Assembly: GCF_006345805.1 (NCBI RefSeq)
Contig: NC_043000.1
Span: 78,678,001 to 78,742,000, forward strand
Reading direction: 5' to 3'
DNA from: Octopus sinensis
Taxonomy: Eukaryota
DNA length: 64,000 nt
The position numbers and the translations under genes are program-made. Shown piece after piece: positions 63,447 to 64,000 of this stretch. The stretch's first letter is position 1. Each line of letters starts with the position of its first letter. The notes under the pieces were generated by a model. It was not told where the DNA came from and did no database searches. It saw only the letters and a program-made list of their open reading frames with translations.

Positions 63447-63800
63447 TCTCTATATATATAAAACTGAGAATGTGTGTGTGTGTGTGTCGGTCTGTCTGTC
63501 AGTGTGTTTCCCTAAAACTTGAGAACTACACAACCAATTTCATTTTAACTTTTTGCCTAGGGCGAGCTCACAGCAATATCATATCTTCACCACTACGGTT
63601 CCGTAAAACTTGAGAACTACACAACCAATTTCATTCAAATATAACACATGCTTTACTTAGGGTCCATGTAGTTTCATGGGCAAAAAAATGTTCAACTTCT
63701 TGCCTAGCAATATCTCATAGCAATATCATATCTTCTCCACTATTTCAGTATTACGCGTTAAAAGTGAAACAAAACATCTCTCTATTTTATGTCAGATACT
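63447..63800 (+). mobile_element. Non-autonomous Helitron, 5' portion, with an internal duplication
   Basis: A|TCTCTATATATATAAAACTGAGAATG(TG)n; taaaacttgagaactacacaaccaatttcatt occurs twice (about 63512 and 63604). Confidence 0.7.
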
Positions 63801-64000
63801 TTCACTTTAACAATAAAATTAGAGATAATAATAACAATTGAATTATATGTAGTAAGTAATAATTAAAATAAAACTAAAGTATAATAAAATCGTAACATAA
63901 CAAAATAAAAAGAGCAATTAGTATAAAATTGCATCAATGACTTGAACTTGAATAAGTGGTTTCACATGAATGGGAATAAATTGAAAATAAAATTAGCGTG

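Overview
This is AT-rich, microsatellite-dense eukaryotic DNA. Its SINE, Penelope and Helitron repeats resemble those I recall from octopus (inference, not a database result). Most of the window is decayed transposons: six Tx1/L1-clade LINE copies, a nearly intact CR1-like LINE, RTE and Penelope fragments, Tc1/mariner/Tigger elements, MITEs, Helitron ends and tRNA-derived SINEs. The only host gene is on the minus strand. It has a TATA box and Inr (51738/51708), a signal-peptide exon (51569-51626) and one 1817-nt exon (48298-50114) encoding 16 tandem 6-Cys half-VWC/pacifastin-like modules; its last exon is unresolved. A second, broken copy spans about 8.9-27.8 kb. It has an ATG>GTG start, an intron 1 expanded from 1.45 to 12 kb by transposons, and a 4505-bp microhomology-flanked deletion that fuses module 2 to a new tail. 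A partial duplicate of the last module may be an alternative exon (46522-46700). Other notable items are two well-formed and one variant type I hammerhead ribozymes, a 165-bp inverted duplication between tandem Tx1 copies, and a 162-bp palindromic MITE. No rRNA, true tRNA or CRISPR array was seen.
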